This document shows positions 1 to 13,376 of a DNA stretch of 64,000 nucleotides, one piece after another. Under the pieces are notes generated by a model that was not told where the DNA came from, made no database searches, and worked only from the letters and a program-made list of their open reading frames with translations. The DNA is taken from the NCBI RefSeq assembly GCF_009834535.1, contig NC_045696.1, forward strand, positions 88,414,001-88,478,000, read 5' to 3'. This DNA comes from Camelus ferus. Taxonomy: Eukaryota. Every line of letters starts with the position of its first letter. The first letter of the stretch is position 1. The position numbers and the translations under genes are program-made.

Positions 1-289
1 ATAACAGAATGCATAAAATCTCTTTCAAGACCAATTACGGTAAATATAAATATTGATTTTTATCTCTTGTTTTAGATTATAATATACCTTTCTTAGAGAC
101 AGGCTGAATAAGTGTTTTAAAAGAAGTAGAGTTTTTTTAATTTTAAGTAACTTCTAGACCTAGCAAGTAGTAAATGCTCACTTAATATAGGTTAATCAAT
201 GAAATTCTACACAGAACTTTCCAATGCATAGTGTAACTTTTTTTTTCACACCATCAAATGTGATAGCACTTGTGGGATATCAATATCTC

Positions 290-697
290 ATTGATTGGAG
301 AGAGCTCAGGAAAGGTTTATTAGGGAGGACTCTAAGAATCAACACCTGAAGAAGGGAAGGACAGAACCACAGTTGGATAGAGGGAGAACTAGTGCTCCCT
401 TGCCGTCTGATGGAGGTCTCACCACCCATAATGCTGGAAGCTCTGAAGCTGAGATGACTGTTCAGTTTTCCAGAGGGGGCTGGGCCATTGTTTATTGGTG
501 AGTCATTGGATGTGACTGCTCAAGGGAGGAGGTGTAACCTTGGGTGAGGTTTCTCTCTTTAGCCAAGGCAGTCCCAGAAGTGGGTGGAACTCAGAGCTTT
601 CTGTCAGCAGAAGGAATAGGGGAACAAGTCGTTCAGAGGAATTAATCCTTCACTCCTGCATGGGGATCTGGGAAACACTTCACAGCATGCACCACAT
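290..697 (-). mobile_element. ERVL solo LTR, LTR16A-like
   Basis: Motifs such as gtcattggatgtgactgc, ccttgggtgaggtttctctctttagccaaggca and the terminal ggggatctgggaaacacttcacagcatgcaccaca match the recalled reverse complement of LTR16A. Confidence 0.7.
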
Positions 698-734
698 AAA
701 AAGTTTGTCTACTAGAACTGATACAAGACCTGGG

Positions 735-915
735 CTCTAAGAGCCTTGCTTCAAGTCCAAGATTTGCAGTTTATTGACCCCGTGCCCCTAAGGGGTTGTT
801 CACCTCTCTGAGCCTCAGTTTCCTTCTTTCTATAAAACTATGTAATAATCTGTCCCACATAAAGTTGTTGTGAGAATTGATAGAGATAAGGTATGTTGAA
901 ATGTTAGTAAGCTGG
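735..915 (+). mobile_element. MIR SINE
   Basis: MIR core cacctctctgagcctcagtttcct...gttgttgtgagaatt. Confidence 0.85.
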
Positions 916-1951
916 AAAAAGATGAGCTTAGTAACTGCAAAAAGCTCTTAAGGACGGAGGTATGCTATTCTCCCATGAAGCTCATTACCAGCAACTGAAT
1001 TAAGTGGCAAGGAATGGTTTGTATTTGGTACACCAATATATAGAATTTGAAACATCACACTTGTGATCTTGCTTCACTATTAACTTACAAGATAAATAAA
1101 TTATAAACAAAATAAAAGTTGAGTGCTCATTTTGTGAAATTCATTCAGCTATTACATCTATGCATATGTCTACATGTGATTATATTTAGACAAAAAGTTT
1201 AAAAAATACAAATGAAATCTCACATAGAATCCCAGTAAATAAAACAGACAAAAAAAATTACAATACTAATACTTGATAAATGTCCCCATTTTTTCAAACT
1301 GCAAAATATCAGAGATTAAATTTGTAATGTTCTACTGTAGTTTTTCAAAGATGTAATCACTGACCTCTAGGTTTAGATGCTAGTGACGGCAGAGAACTAC
1401 TACTATAGTAGTAGATGAGGGAATATTTTATAAAGATAAATTTATTAGGTATGATAAAAGACAAGATGAACAAAGGAAAAACAGAAATGAACAAATTTAG
1501 ATGCACCATAATAACTTTCAACAATGAAAGTTTACATGCACTGGGTCTCAAAAAACCAAGAATTTGAGGATATGAAACTGACATTTTGCTCTGACCCTTC
1601 TTTTCAGTAATTGCTACCATATCAGTGTCTCATTTTTCTTAAAAGCCTCCTCACCTTTTGCTCTTAGAACATCTCAAAGATGCTTTGTGCTCTGTTTTTT
1701 TTTTTTTTTTTTTAATTTCACTGTAGCAGGAATGGAAAAGACATCAAAATTGTACTTGTAATGATGAGCCAATCTGGAGGTGATGGGGAGAATTTTCCTG
1801 CCAAGACTGTTTAGAATTAAACTTCCTTTGACTATATGGACATTTTATATAATCTGAAGTTTAGTTTCAGGGAAGAGTCCAGGGATGTACAGGTAGTGTA
1901 AGTAAGCAAATTTAGATGTCAGAAAAAAGTACTTTCTAAAATGTCTGACTA

Positions 1952-2093
1952 GGGGTTGCAGGGTATAGCACAGTGGTTGAGCACACACTTGGTGTGCATG
2001 AGGTCCTAGGTTCAATTCTCAGTGCCTCCATTAAGGGGGGAAAATGTTAAAAAACAAACGAACAAAAAATTGGATTCTCAAAAATACTTTGAA
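1952..2093 (+). mobile_element. Camelid tRNA-derived SINE (Vic-1-like)
   Basis: gggtatagcacagtggttgagc...gaggtcctagggttcaattctcagtgcctcca (A/B boxes), A-rich tail; imperfect TSD aaaatgtctgacta (1938-1951) / aaattgtctggcta (2094-2107). Confidence 0.85.
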
Positions 2094-2194
2094 AAATTGT
2101 CTGGCTATGTAATTTCTACAAGGAACGAAAAATTGATGATGTATACAATGTTTCTGAATAGCTTGAAGATTTAGACAACTGGCAAATAGTTGGA

Positions 2195-3420
2195 TACTGA
2201 TTAGGGAATACTATGAAAACATGTACGTGCAAAATTTGAAAACTTAAGATGAAATAGACCAGTTCCTCAAGAAGCACAAAATACCACAACTCCCCCAAAA
2301 TGAAGTGGGTAATTTGAATAACTCAATAACTACTAAGGAAATCAAATTTGCAATTTAAAAAACCCCACCTCCCCCCACCAAAGAGTCTGCAGGTCTAGAT
2401 ATTTCAATGGAGAATTCTACCAAATGTTTAAAGAAGAATTAACATCAACTCTATACAATCTTTTCCAAAAAATAGAGAAAGGAACACTTCCTAATTCATT
2501 TTTATGAACCTATTTATTACCTGTATACCAAAACTAGACAAAAACAGTACCAAAAGACTGGGGAACAATAGCCTCATAAATATAAACTCAAAAATTTTTA
2601 ACAAAATGTTAGCAAGTAGAATTCAATATATACTTAGAATTATACACCATTGGACTAAGCGGAGTTTATTCCAGGGATGCAAGCCTGGTGCAATACTAAA
2701 TAATCAATGTAATCCACCATATTAACAGGCTAAAAAAGAAAAATCACATAACTGTATCAGTTGACACAGAAGTATTAGACAAAATTTAACACTCATTCAT
2801 AATGAAAATTCTTAGAAAAATAGGAATAGAGGGAAACTTCCTCAACTTGATAAAGAGCATCAACAAAAAAACCTTAGCTAACATGCTCAGTGGTAAAAGA
2901 TGGAATGCTTTACCCCTAAAACTGCAAACAGGGGAAGATGTTCACTCTCACAACTCTTATTCAACATGGTGCTGGAAGTTTTATCCAGTGCAACATGGCA
3001 AGGAAATGAAATAAGCAGATCAGAAAAGGAAGAAAAACCATATGATTCCATTTATATGACATGCTTGACACGACAAAATTAGAGAGCTGGAGAACAGATT
3101 AGTCATTGCCAGAAATTAAGAATGAGGCAAAGGGCAGGAGGGAAGTAGGTGTAGCTATAAAAGGACAGCATGAAGGATTCCTGTGGTGATGGAAATGTCC
3201 TGTATTTTGACTGTATCCATGTCAATATCCCAGTTGTTATTGTATTGTTTTTTATTTATTGTTTATTTATTGTTTTGTTGTTATTAATACAGTTTTACAA
3301 GATGTTACCATTAGAGGGAGAACAGGTTAAAGGATCCAGGAGATCTTTCTGCATTGTTTCTTACAACTGCATATGAATCTATAATTAGCACAAAATTTTT
3401 AAAGTTTGATTTCTTTAAAA
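2195..3420 (+). mobile_element. Old L1 (L1M): ORF2 RT-proximal fragment (to ~3010) joined to an L1MC/MD-type 3' UTR
   Basis: Degenerate ORF2 peptides (LININSKIFNKMLASRIQ, KIGIEGNFLNLIKSI, LLFNMVLEVL), then 3' UTR motifs gactgtatccatgtcaatatcc and tttcttacaactgcatatgaatcta. Confidence 0.85.
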
Positions 3421-3519
3421 ATAGGGTAAATTTTTCTGTTTAAGGAAAACAACTCCTTGGCTTTATCTTTCATAGAATTTTTTTTTTTCAGAAGGCTTCA
3501 ACACTTTTTTTTTTCATCA

Positions 3520-4010
3520 TTGGTTGGCTACTAACCCCTCCACATCCCCCTTCTCCCCAGTCTCTTTACCCACTTGGAGTAATCACAAGACACAATTTTG
3601 GCCAGCAGGTTACAAGGGGAAGTCTATTGGGCTTTCTTCTAGAAAAACTTCAGCTTTCTTAATAAAAAGGCACAAACTCAGTGGGTATGCCCTTTCACCC
3701 TCACTTTTTGCTCCTTTGCCCTTTTGTCTGCTTCCTGTCTGGAACGCAGCTGTGACGCCTGGAGGCACAGCAGCCATCTCTGGAGCATAAGGCAAAGAGC
3801 AATAAAGGCAGATGCCCATCAAACCAAGGATGGTGAGGGAGAAGAGAGCTAGAAAGAGCCTGTGTCTTGGCTGTGTTATTATGTGGTGACACCAACCCTG
3901 GGCTGTCCACCTATAAAGTTCTTTCTCTTTAAGGAAGAGAAAAAAAAACACCACTTTGTGTAAGCCGCCACTGGCCAGGTTTTCTGTTATTTGTAACCAA
4001 ACAGATTTCT
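3520..4010 (+). mobile_element. ERVL/MaLR solo LTR (LTR33/MLT1J-like)
   Basis: cttcctgtctggaacgcagctgtgacgcctggaggcacagcagccatc and terminal ttttctgttatttgtaaccaaa. Confidence 0.7.
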
Positions 4011-4624
4011 AAAAGATCCTTCACTCACAGGCGATTCTCAGCAGGGCTGATACACCTTGCCTACCATGAAAGAGTATTATAGGGATGAAAAGAATGATAG
4101 CTGCTTAATATTCTCTGTGTGTTTCAGGAACCAGATTGCTGATACTGCCTTTTCCTTTCTTCTTTCTCTACAATATTTTATGTTTCTTACTCTTCTCAGC
4201 TCGGCCTGCATTTGTATTATAATCAGACTCTTGCCAGTCACTCTCCTAATTGAATTGGGCTTTTGTTCAAGCTCAGACAGCTCAGAATTTTTTAATGGTC
4301 TTCCTAAACCATTTCAGCCCAGGGCAGTCGTTCCCTTCTTCGACCTCACAGCACTTACTGTCTGCACCTCCCAATTGCCAATTCATCATGCACTGCCCCA
4401 CGACACTTCTCATACAGCTGTCCTTGAAAAATCGATGTTTAGAGCTGAAAGGGACATTAAAGATCATCCTCTCCAGCCACCTTAGTGCATGTGAACTGTG
4501 GCTTAACCCTTGGATATTTTTTTTTTTACCTCTCCATGGGTTTATAGCTTATCATCCCAACTAGATCTTAAAGTCTTAAAGAAAAATGAAGAATAAATAT
4601 TTGTTAATTTGTCTGCTACAAACC

Positions 4625-4746
4625 AGACACCTTACACTTACCATTTTAATTTAATTTTCACAACAGTCCTATGAAATGGGTATTAATCCCCATTTGCCAG
4701 GTGAAGGAACTGAAGCTCAGAAAGGTTGTTACTTAGCAAAGGTAAC
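4625..4746 (-). mobile_element. MIR, interrupted by an LTR and resuming at ~5480-5520
   Basis: cacaacagtcctatgaaatgggtattaatccccatttgccaggtgaaggaactgaagctcagaaaggtt. Confidence 0.75.
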
Positions 4747-5480
4747 TGTTAACCAAAGGTAAAGGTAAAGGTACTTTTAACCAAAATTTTAGAAATGGAG
4801 ACCTGATCGAAATAAAAAGATGTTTATTTAGGGTTTGTTAGGACTGCAGCCCAGGAGACACAGATCCAAAGAAGCACTTGAAAGATATTCTGCCAGACCA
4901 CAAACTCCAGGAGGCTCGTAAAGGCAAAAACAGCAAAGTTACAGTTAATTACATGAGTTGTTTATCAAGCATTAAATACAAACTACTATATATAAAATAG
5001 GTAAACAAGGTTCTACTGTATACCACAAGGAATTATATTCAATATCTTATAATGACCTATAATGAAAAAGAGTACGAAAAAATATATATATATGTATAAC
5101 TAAATCACTAGGCTGTACACCATAAAATAACACAACATTGTAAATCAACTATGTTTCAATAAAAAATAAAATAAAATAGAAAAAAGAATTATAATTGGAA
5201 CTGGAAAAAAGTACGGGTGTTTAATAAGTAAGGATTTGTTGGGGTCCAAAAAGTCTGCATAGGTCTAAGGAGAGAACTTGAGCCCATCAGATTGCAGTTG
5301 GCAAGTTTTGTTCTGAATACAGCTGGTGGTGTCCTTGGACCTGGCACAGTTTAAAGAATGTACAGGTTCTCAGTGGTGCAGGGACATGTCTGGGACCAGA
5401 TCCTCAATGGCCACCCAACCCTGCTTTTGTGTGCCTGAACTGTGATTCCTCCACTATAATTTCATCTGGTCACCTGTACA
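4747..5480 (-). mobile_element. ERV1-like solo LTR hosting an L1 3' end
   Basis: Begins TG (tgttaacc), has a reverse polyA signal (tttattt ~4823), and interrupts a MIR. Confidence 0.5.
4978..5185 (+). mobile_element. L1 3' end, cetartiodactyl type, with A tail
   Basis: aacaaggttctactgtataccacaaggaattatattcaatatctt...acacaacattgtaaatcaactatgtttcaataaaaaa. Confidence 0.9.
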
Positions 5481-5666
5481 ATAACTAGAAAGAGAGGAAG
5501 CCCATTCTGACTCAGGTCTTAAGATATTTAAGTATCTTTAAACTCCTTCTAGGCTGCTAAACTGCTTTATTGGATTTTGCCTTTAGGGGCTCTTCAACCT
5601 TTAAACTTCAAGAAATCTTGCATTCTCTTTGTAAGCTATCTCTAGTAAGAGATTTAAAATATATCT

Positions 5667-6525
5667 GTGATACTGTGATTTATAATAAGAGATACAGATT
5701 CGGTCTTTGTCTCCTATCCCTGACACAGGGCTCTGAAAACCCTGGTAAATTCCTAAGTGGTAACAGCACTAGGAGCATCTTTTGCTCTATTGAGGAGGCT
5801 TCTGGATGGCTCCTGCATGAGGTCTGGTCACCAGAAACATCAAGCCATGGTTAGAACTTTGGAATTTTTAGCCCTACTACCCATCCTCCAGACAGGGGAG
5901 AGAGGCTGGAAATGAAGTTAATAATTGATCATTCCTACATGAGGAAGCCTCCATGAAATCCCAATGGTGAGGTGTTGGGAGAGCTTCCAGGTGGGTGAAC
6001 ACCCATGTACCGAGAGGGTGACACACCTCCTTCATGGGGACAGAAGCTCCTGTGCTCAGGACCCTCCTAAGCCTCACCCTATGTATCTCTTCATCTGGCT
6101 GTTCATCTATATCCTTCATCAAATGCTTTAATAAACTGGTAAATGTGTTTCCCTGAGTTCTGTGAGCCACTTTAGCAAATTAGTAGAACCCAAGGTGTTG
6201 TGAGAACCTCCTACTGGTAGCCAAGTTGGATAGAAGTTGTGGGTAACCTGGGGACCTACCAATGGAGACCAACCGGCATCTGAAGTGAGGTGGAGCAGTC
6301 TTGTTGGACTGAGACGTTAGCCTGTGGGATCTGACACTATCTCCAGGTAGACGGTGCCAGAATTGAGTTAAAGCATAAATCCAGCAGGTTTCCTGGTGCA
6401 TTGCTTGGTGTGGGGAAAAAAAGCCAACACATTTGGTGATCAGAAGTGTGAGAAGTGTTAAGAGTGTGGCAGCAGTGTGAAAATAAAGAAGAAACACAGG
6501 AAAACCATAGGTTTTTTCCAACTCA
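5667..6525 (+). mobile_element. MER21-family LTR
   Basis: Starts tgtgatactgtgatttataataaga; contains aataaactggtaaatgtgtttccctgagttctgtgagcc and ctgtgggatctgacactatctccaggtaga. Confidence 0.85.
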
Positions 6526-7709
6526 GTATCTAATAGCCAAATAAAATAATGGTTCTTTGTATTTAATGTTAACATTTTTAAGACACAGTCCTGCTAGAAC
6601 AAAAATATTTTATTGTTTTTAGTGCAAAAATTGTTCAATCTCTGTTGTAATAAAATTTTATAACAAAAATACATACATTGTTAAGTTAATGCAGTCCCTG
6701 CCTCCCTAGGAACTCGAATATGTGGCTACCACATGGCTTCCTGAAGTCTTTGATTTTTTGCATCATTAACTCAGAAGTTCAGGGAAGGCACCTGTAATCA
6801 GCAGAGCCTAGATCACATGAGCAGATGAAGGAGATTGGGCAATAACTAGAGATGGAGGGAGAGTTTGAGCCACCGACGGACAGCTGCAGACCTGTCCCTT
6901 TCTTGCTAATTTTCAAAGAACTCCCTCCTACCCCCCCAGCGTCTGCCCCTTCCAAGTGTAGAATCCCTACACAGGCTTAGTAATTTGCACATTCATTGCC
7001 AAAATTAACATGGTTGGATGCATTAAGAAGTCTAATAGGTGGATGTTCTTGGTAAATATTTATTGGGCTATTTTTAGACACTGGTGATGTAGTCAATTAA
7101 TATTTATGAATGTAAAATAGAAATCCCTAAGTGGTCATGACTGCACTCTTCAAATATTCTTTTAAAATTCAGAATTAGCTCCTGAATAGAGTCTGTAAGT
7201 GCCTTGAGAAACCAATTAAAATCTTAATCCCTGTATAGAGTGATTTTCCTTGTCTGCATTACCATGTAGGCAGTCTGCTTCCTGGTCCATCAGGAGCAGT
7301 GTCAACGACGGCCCCTCTCCAATAACCTTTAATCCTTCTAACAGACTGAGCAATCAAACAGCTCAGTGAAAATTTACTTGAGTTCAACAAATTCTTGGTT
7401 ACAGTTATTAGTTTTCTCAAAAAGCTTCCAAGAGGGTAATTGGTGGCCCAGAATATGATATTTATTCATGAGTTGCTTGGCATGTGGTTGCAAGCCTTAA
7501 TTTCACATACAAGGAAATGCTTTTAGCTGAAGCACTTTTATGTCTGTTCAAAACACAATAAACTCATCCTCTAAAACCCTAGCAATTAATTTATTGCTGA
7601 AATTTAGAGGCTTTTCAATAAAACCCATCCATGGCAGTAAAAATTATAGACAATAGTTTTTGCACATGCTATGTTTCAAGAGACGAAACTGTCAGATTTA
7701 GCCTCAATT

Positions 7710-7895
7710 TATATTTACTGAGCATAGACTCTGTCAAGCACTGTTCTAGGCAAGGTTACAAGCACTCTCTGAACTGTCACTACAAACCCATGAGGTAGGG
7801 TAAATCCCACTTCACTGATGAAGAAAGCAAAGCTTGAGTCTGTGGGACTTACTAGAGATCACAAAGCTAGCAGCTGGTAAAGCCAGGATTTGAGC
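7710..7895 (-). mobile_element. MIR
   Basis: atttactgagca...acaaacccatgaggtagg...gatcacaaagctagcagctggtaaagccaggatttga. Confidence 0.75.
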
Positions 7896-10149
7896 TTTGC
7901 TTGTGATAAGAATCAACTCTTTGTCTCAGCAGAATGACCCAAGATGAGTAAGTGTTTCAGCATGAAAGATCAGTGCAGGTAGATTAAGCTTTAGGCAGAG
8001 GTGTGTAACATCTAACAATTCTTCCCTGATTAAAATGTCATGGATTGAGCCAAATGATGAGCCCCAGTTGCTGGGATTTCATTGAGACACTGCAATTTGG
8101 CATCCTATCACTCAGAACTGAGTGGAAAGGAAGGACACCATCCAAAGCAAATGCATGTTTCACCTGATGAAAGGATGCCCCCAGATGATGAAGGATGACT
8201 ACATATAAACCTCCTCATACCTCAGTACATAAGTTTAAAGGGCAAAAACAAATAAGCAAAATAAAACCACATATAAAATAATGATGTAGAAAAATTGTCT
8301 TGCAATGCCTTGTGACTACATAATTGGACAGTCTACGTCTGGAGCAGATATTTTGCAGTCTCTTTTTCCTTTTTCAATCTCATGACTCCTTTTCAACATA
8401 ATTAAGTCTGGACTTGTAGATTAGGTCCTAGAACTAGTCCAAGGCTGCATTAGCATGACTCCAAGGGCCATATGCATAACAGATCCTTACTCTAGCTCCA
8501 CAGCATGGAATTTAGGATTATATGCAGCCCAAGATGTCTTAGCTTGGAGGGGTTAAGAGTAATGAACAAGGAGTTTCTTTAGGAGTATGAGTACTATGTA
8601 CTCTACTTCTGCAAACCTGGTGTGTGTCATGCAACCCTGTGATAGCTGAGGTACACTTGGCCAGGGTGTAGTTCTCTCCAGCACGTACCCAAGCAAGACC
8701 AAGACCACATCCTGGGCTGCTTTAGCACCTTGTATGCAAGACGAGGTCTGAAGGAGGCAGCTGAGCTTTGAAAGGTCTGATATGAGAGTCGTTTGCTCAG
8801 ACTTACCATCCCCAACTGGGTATCTGCCAGTGAGGTCCTTTTGAGGGATCCTTAGTGGATATACTACTGTCAATAGGAAATGAGAGCTGATTTCTCTACC
8901 GCATGCCCTACCTGCTCCGACTTCATGCTGCACCTTTAAATAGGTAAACCGTGTTTGATTTACCCAAGTGATGTCTTCTTCTGGTTATTTAGTCCATCTG
9001 TGCTTATTATTGACATTTGTCAAGTTGGTGTGGTGTGCAGAGCCAAATGTCTAAAATAGTTCCAAGATCTCTGATGGCTGATTAAAGATCCTTTTCATAG
9101 GAGATGGGTAGATTTATGGTGAAACTGATGCTCAGTGATGGTTCTCATCCTTGAACAAAATGTAAGGCTCACAAGAACCTTTAAGAAAGGGCTCTTTCTA
9201 TTACATCCATCTAAAATGATTACTCTTTTACACATATCACAAATTCTTAAACTAAGTTCTGCTAAGTAACTCAGATAGAAAGAAAAGTCTAGGGCAAAAC
9301 AGGCATAAAAATTTATGAAATGTGAAATGTGCTGTAGCAGTAAAGCTTCCAGAAGGAAGGTCCTTATGTAGCAAGAGTCTAATGTCTTTTTGTATGTAAT
9401 ATTTTGATATGCTATATATGGAAGGAGAAAACCTTCAAAAGTGTAATAATTTGAAGATTTAGGTGTAGATGGATAGGAATTAATAATCTCCAGCAAACAC
9501 TTTTATCTGCAACATATAATATTGAATTAACTTCTACTCAGCAGAAAGCAAAATCATTCGACTTGCCGTCTGTGTTTATGACTGATGGAGCCCTCACTCC
9601 ATTTCCAACAGCCATTTAGCCATTTACCCATATCTTTTACTGAGAAGTACTCCTTTCTTTTTTATTTTATTAGCTTGTAGCTGCTTTCCCTCTGTGGATC
9701 CAGGCCAAAGGGAAAAAATGAACAAGGTTATTATGTCCCTGAAAACTTTTTAAAAGGCTACTTCACTCAACATTAGAGTCATGTTTTTAAGGACAATGTA
9801 GAAGTTTTCAAATATATTAATTTCTAACAGAATTCAGCTTCATAAAAAATTTAAGGTTAATATAGAGATTTGATAAGTTTTGTCTTTCAGTAATTTCCTG
9901 GTTTGTATAATTCACCAATACAGCTGTTTTGTAGTAGAAAGGATTGAGTCACAAAAGAAATAAAATGCCTTTCAGAGAGTCTCATGGTAAGACAATGGGA
10001 CCCCATTATTTAACCTTCTGGTTTCTAATCCCCTGCTCCTTCAGGTATAATTAAACTAGCCAATTCACTTTGTCTTTTACTTTGGGACTATCAGTTAGAT
10101 CAGGTTTTTTCTTCCCTCCATTAAGGCAGTGGGTTTTTTTAAATGTTTT

Positions 10150-11960
10150 AAGGTAAATTCTTTTTGAAATGCAACACAGAAAAGCACACAGATCTTAAGC
10201 TGTACACTTTATGAATTCTCACAACCTGGACACACCTGATTAGAAAAAGACCAGGACCCCAGATGCCCCGTTGTGCCCTGACCCCAAAAGGTTGCCAGCC
10301 TCCTGACTTTTATACAGTCAATGACTTTTGCTTGTTTTTGAACTTTATATAAATGGAAACATACAGTATGGATACCTCTGGGCCTGGCTTATTTCACTCA
10401 ACATTACATTTATGAGATTCATCCATGTCGGTACATGTAAAAATAGTTTGTTCATCCTCACTGAATATAGTATGATTTATTTATCTACACTCTATTATCG
10501 ATGGACTTTGAGGTTGCTTTTAGTTCAGCACTATTATGAATAATGCTGCCATGAACATTCTTATACATGTCTTCGGTGAACATGTGTTCATTTCTGTTGG
10601 GGCTTTATCTAGGAATTAATTGTCAGATCATAGAGCTTCACGTGGTATTGGCTAACTTTTCATTCTGTTAGGTTCAAAGGTGTATTAGACTTGGCTCAGA
10701 CAGGCTCTCAGAGGCCAAAGGTTGAGAGCTGGTTGTTAAACACAATCATTATAAAAAATTAACTTATAAATAAAGGTATTCAAAATTCATCACCTCCTAA
10801 TTATTTTACTATATCTGACTATCATTTACGCTATTAAGATTATTTACGTTAATTGTACCTGTATGGTGGTAATAACTATAATAATGGGGTTTCCTCTGCA
10901 TGTCTTCAGCAATATCCTGTGTGTAGTTTGAAATTAACCACAGTGAAGTATTTACACTATGAAAACTGGAAAATGCTACTAATCAGGGCTTGATTTATTG
11001 TTCTGTTGACTTCTACTGACTTAAGAAAGTGGTAGGGAAAATGCTAATAAACAGATTAAACTCAAAAGTGTTAAGTTTGTAGCTGATATGTTGTGAATAG
11101 CTAAAAAATGTATCAAAGCATGGTGGAATTACAACTTTAGAAATGGACACAAGAGTTTAGCAAAAATCAGCAAAAGCGTTCTGTAAGAATCAGTTGGCTA
11201 TATGGAATTTACAATAAAGAGTGTATGTTATTTTGCATATTTTATTATTACTAGTCAATTTGTGATACACACACAAATACACACTGTTTTTTTCCCCTCT
11301 GGAAAGCCAGTTGTCAAACATTTACCAGCACACTGCTGGTTATAGTGCTATCTGTCATACTGTGATTTGAATTTACCTTCCTTGATGGTTTAGGAAGTTG
11401 AACAGGTTCATAAGTTTATTGATCAATAGAATATCTTTTGTTTTTGTAAAGTCCCTATTAAATTTTTTATTCCTTTTTCTACTGTGTTCTTTTTCTTATT
11501 GATTTTTGAGAACTTTTATATATTCTTGACAAAAGTCCATTATGAACTATATGTATTGCAAATGTCTTCTCCCAACGTGTGACTTGACTTTGTACATTCT
11601 TAGTGGTGGTTTTGGGGGTTTTTTTTGGTGTAGAGAAGTTCTTCGTTTTCATTTAGTACAATTTATCAAACTTCTCCTCAGTAGTTAGTGCAGTTTGCAT
11701 CCAGCTGGAGAAATATTTGCTATCCCTGAGGTGCCTATGTTCTCTTCTAGAAGATTTGCTATTTTACCTTTCACATTTAGATCTGCAACACACCTGGAAT
11801 TTATTTTTTTTTCTGGTGCAAAGTAGAAGCTAAGATTCATTTTTTGTCCAGATGGATATCCAGTTGGCCCAGAACCATTTGCTGAAAAGACCATCTTTCC
11901 ACCATTGTACTTCAGTATTCTTTTTGTCATATCCAAGGAACCACCTATATGTGAATCTTA
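10150..11960 (-). mobile_element. Old L1M 3' UTR/ORF2 end, split by MER63
   Basis: tttatataaatggaaacatacagtatg...tgagattcatccatgt; tggatatccagttggcccagaaccatttgctgaaaagac. Confidence 0.8.
10675..11338 (+). mobile_element. MER63-like hAT-Blackjack DNA transposon
   Basis: gagctggttgttaaacac, aatcagggcttgatttattgtt, terminal gccagttgtcaaacatttaccagcacactgctg. Confidence 0.8.
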
Positions 11961-12144
11961 CAAGACAGTTTTTTTCTTTTTCTACATCTGTGAGTCTGTT
12001 ACAAGACAGATTTAAATCAATGAAGCAATGGATTTTTGCATTTTACAGATACTTTAGTACCTCAATCATCTTACTAATTCATTCAGAAAACATTTTATTT
12101 CAGATGGTTAGGGAACAACTTGTATCACCTCAACAATGTTTATT

Positions 12145-12266
12145 TTGGGGGGTGGGGGGTAATTAGGTTTATTTACTTATTTATTTTTTAATGGAGGTAC
12201 TGGAGATTGAACCCAGGACCTCCTGCACACTAAGCATGCACTCTACCACTGAGCAAAACCCTCCAC
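12145..12266 (-). mobile_element. Camelid tRNA-derived SINE (Vic-1-like)
   Basis: tggaggtactggagattgaacccaggacctcctgcacactaagcatgcactctaccactgagc; perfect 14-bp TSD caacaatgtttatt (12131-12144 / 12267-12280). Confidence 0.92.
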
Positions 12267-13033
12267 CAACAATGTTTATTGATTTCCACTGTGAACAAGA
12301 CCCTGGGCTAGCCTCCGAGGGTGTAACTCTCACCCCTCATCAACTCTACACACTCAAGTCCTTTATCCTTTTATCTCTTTTTCAAGCACCTTAAAAGTCA
12401 TAAAATAAAATTTCTTTCAACATCTTACTTTTCTAGATATTTATCACTAGAACCATTGATAACTTTACAAACTATTTTCTTTCACAATATTAAGGCAATT
12501 TCTTTCATAAAATTAAGGCAAATTCTGATAACATATTCAGATTATCTATTGAACAAGTCAATATTTACTTGTGTAAACTTGTGAGAAAAAAACAAACAAA
12601 CAGATTTCCTTGTCAATAAAGAGTGACAAACTCTTTTTTTCAAAACAGAAAATAACCAGGACAATTTGTTCATTCCTATTTACTGGATGATGATGCACCT
12701 TAGAAGTAATTAAAAAATGTTTTAAATCCATTCAGGAAGAACATATAGATGGGAGTATATTTCTTATATAAGGTAATTAATTTCTTAATTCTGTTATTGA
12801 TTCTATTATTCATAGCTGCACATCCCAAGTGCCTTATAATTGTAGTTTTCTGTTCTTCAGTTTGTGTGTAAAAAGGACCTAGCTTCCACTAGAGGGCATC
12901 TTTACCCCATTTGATCTTTTTTAAAAATAAAAAACAGCAAGTAATATTTTGCTTGATGTTGTCATATTACTTTTTAAATACTCCTGACCCTAAGGAGAAA
13001 GTTGTGAATGATCCTGATATTAAAAGAACTCTT

Positions 13034-13376
13034 CGCGTTGAGCCAAGATGGCAGAGTAGAGACACTCTCAGCTCACCCTCTCCCACAAATACACGAAGAA
13101 TTACATCTATAAACCCATTGAATTGCACAGAACACCTACTGAACTCTGGCAGAGTGTCTCTCATTTCAAAATACAGGATTCTCACAAAATCTGATATACA
13201 ACAAGTTCATACTGTATAGCACAAGGAACTATATTCAGTATCTTCTAATAACTAATGGTTAAAACGAATATGAAAATGAATATATGTATGTTACTATACG
13301 ATTGAAATATTGTGCTATACACCAGAAATTGACACAACATTGTGAACTGACTATACTTCAATAAATATATATATAT
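13034..13376 (+). mobile_element. Bipartite L1 derivative: ~160 bp of L1 5' UTR start fused to ~180 bp of L1 3' terminus
   Basis: caagatggcagagtag...acagaacacctactgaactctggcaga (L1 5' end) joined at 13193/13194 to atatacaacaagttcatactgtatagcac...tatacttcaataaa; 11-bp TSD aaagaactctt (13023-13033 / 13377-13387). Confidence 0.85.

Noticed and set aside
1952..2032. Functional tRNA gene (also 12190-12265)
   Set aside because: A tail and TSDs show these are tRNA-derived SINE copies
4057..4564. Overlapping 142-aa and 104-aa ORFs with an acceptor-like tgtgtttcag
   Set aside because: Non-ATG starts, low-complexity hydrophobic translation, no recognisable homology and no matching donor
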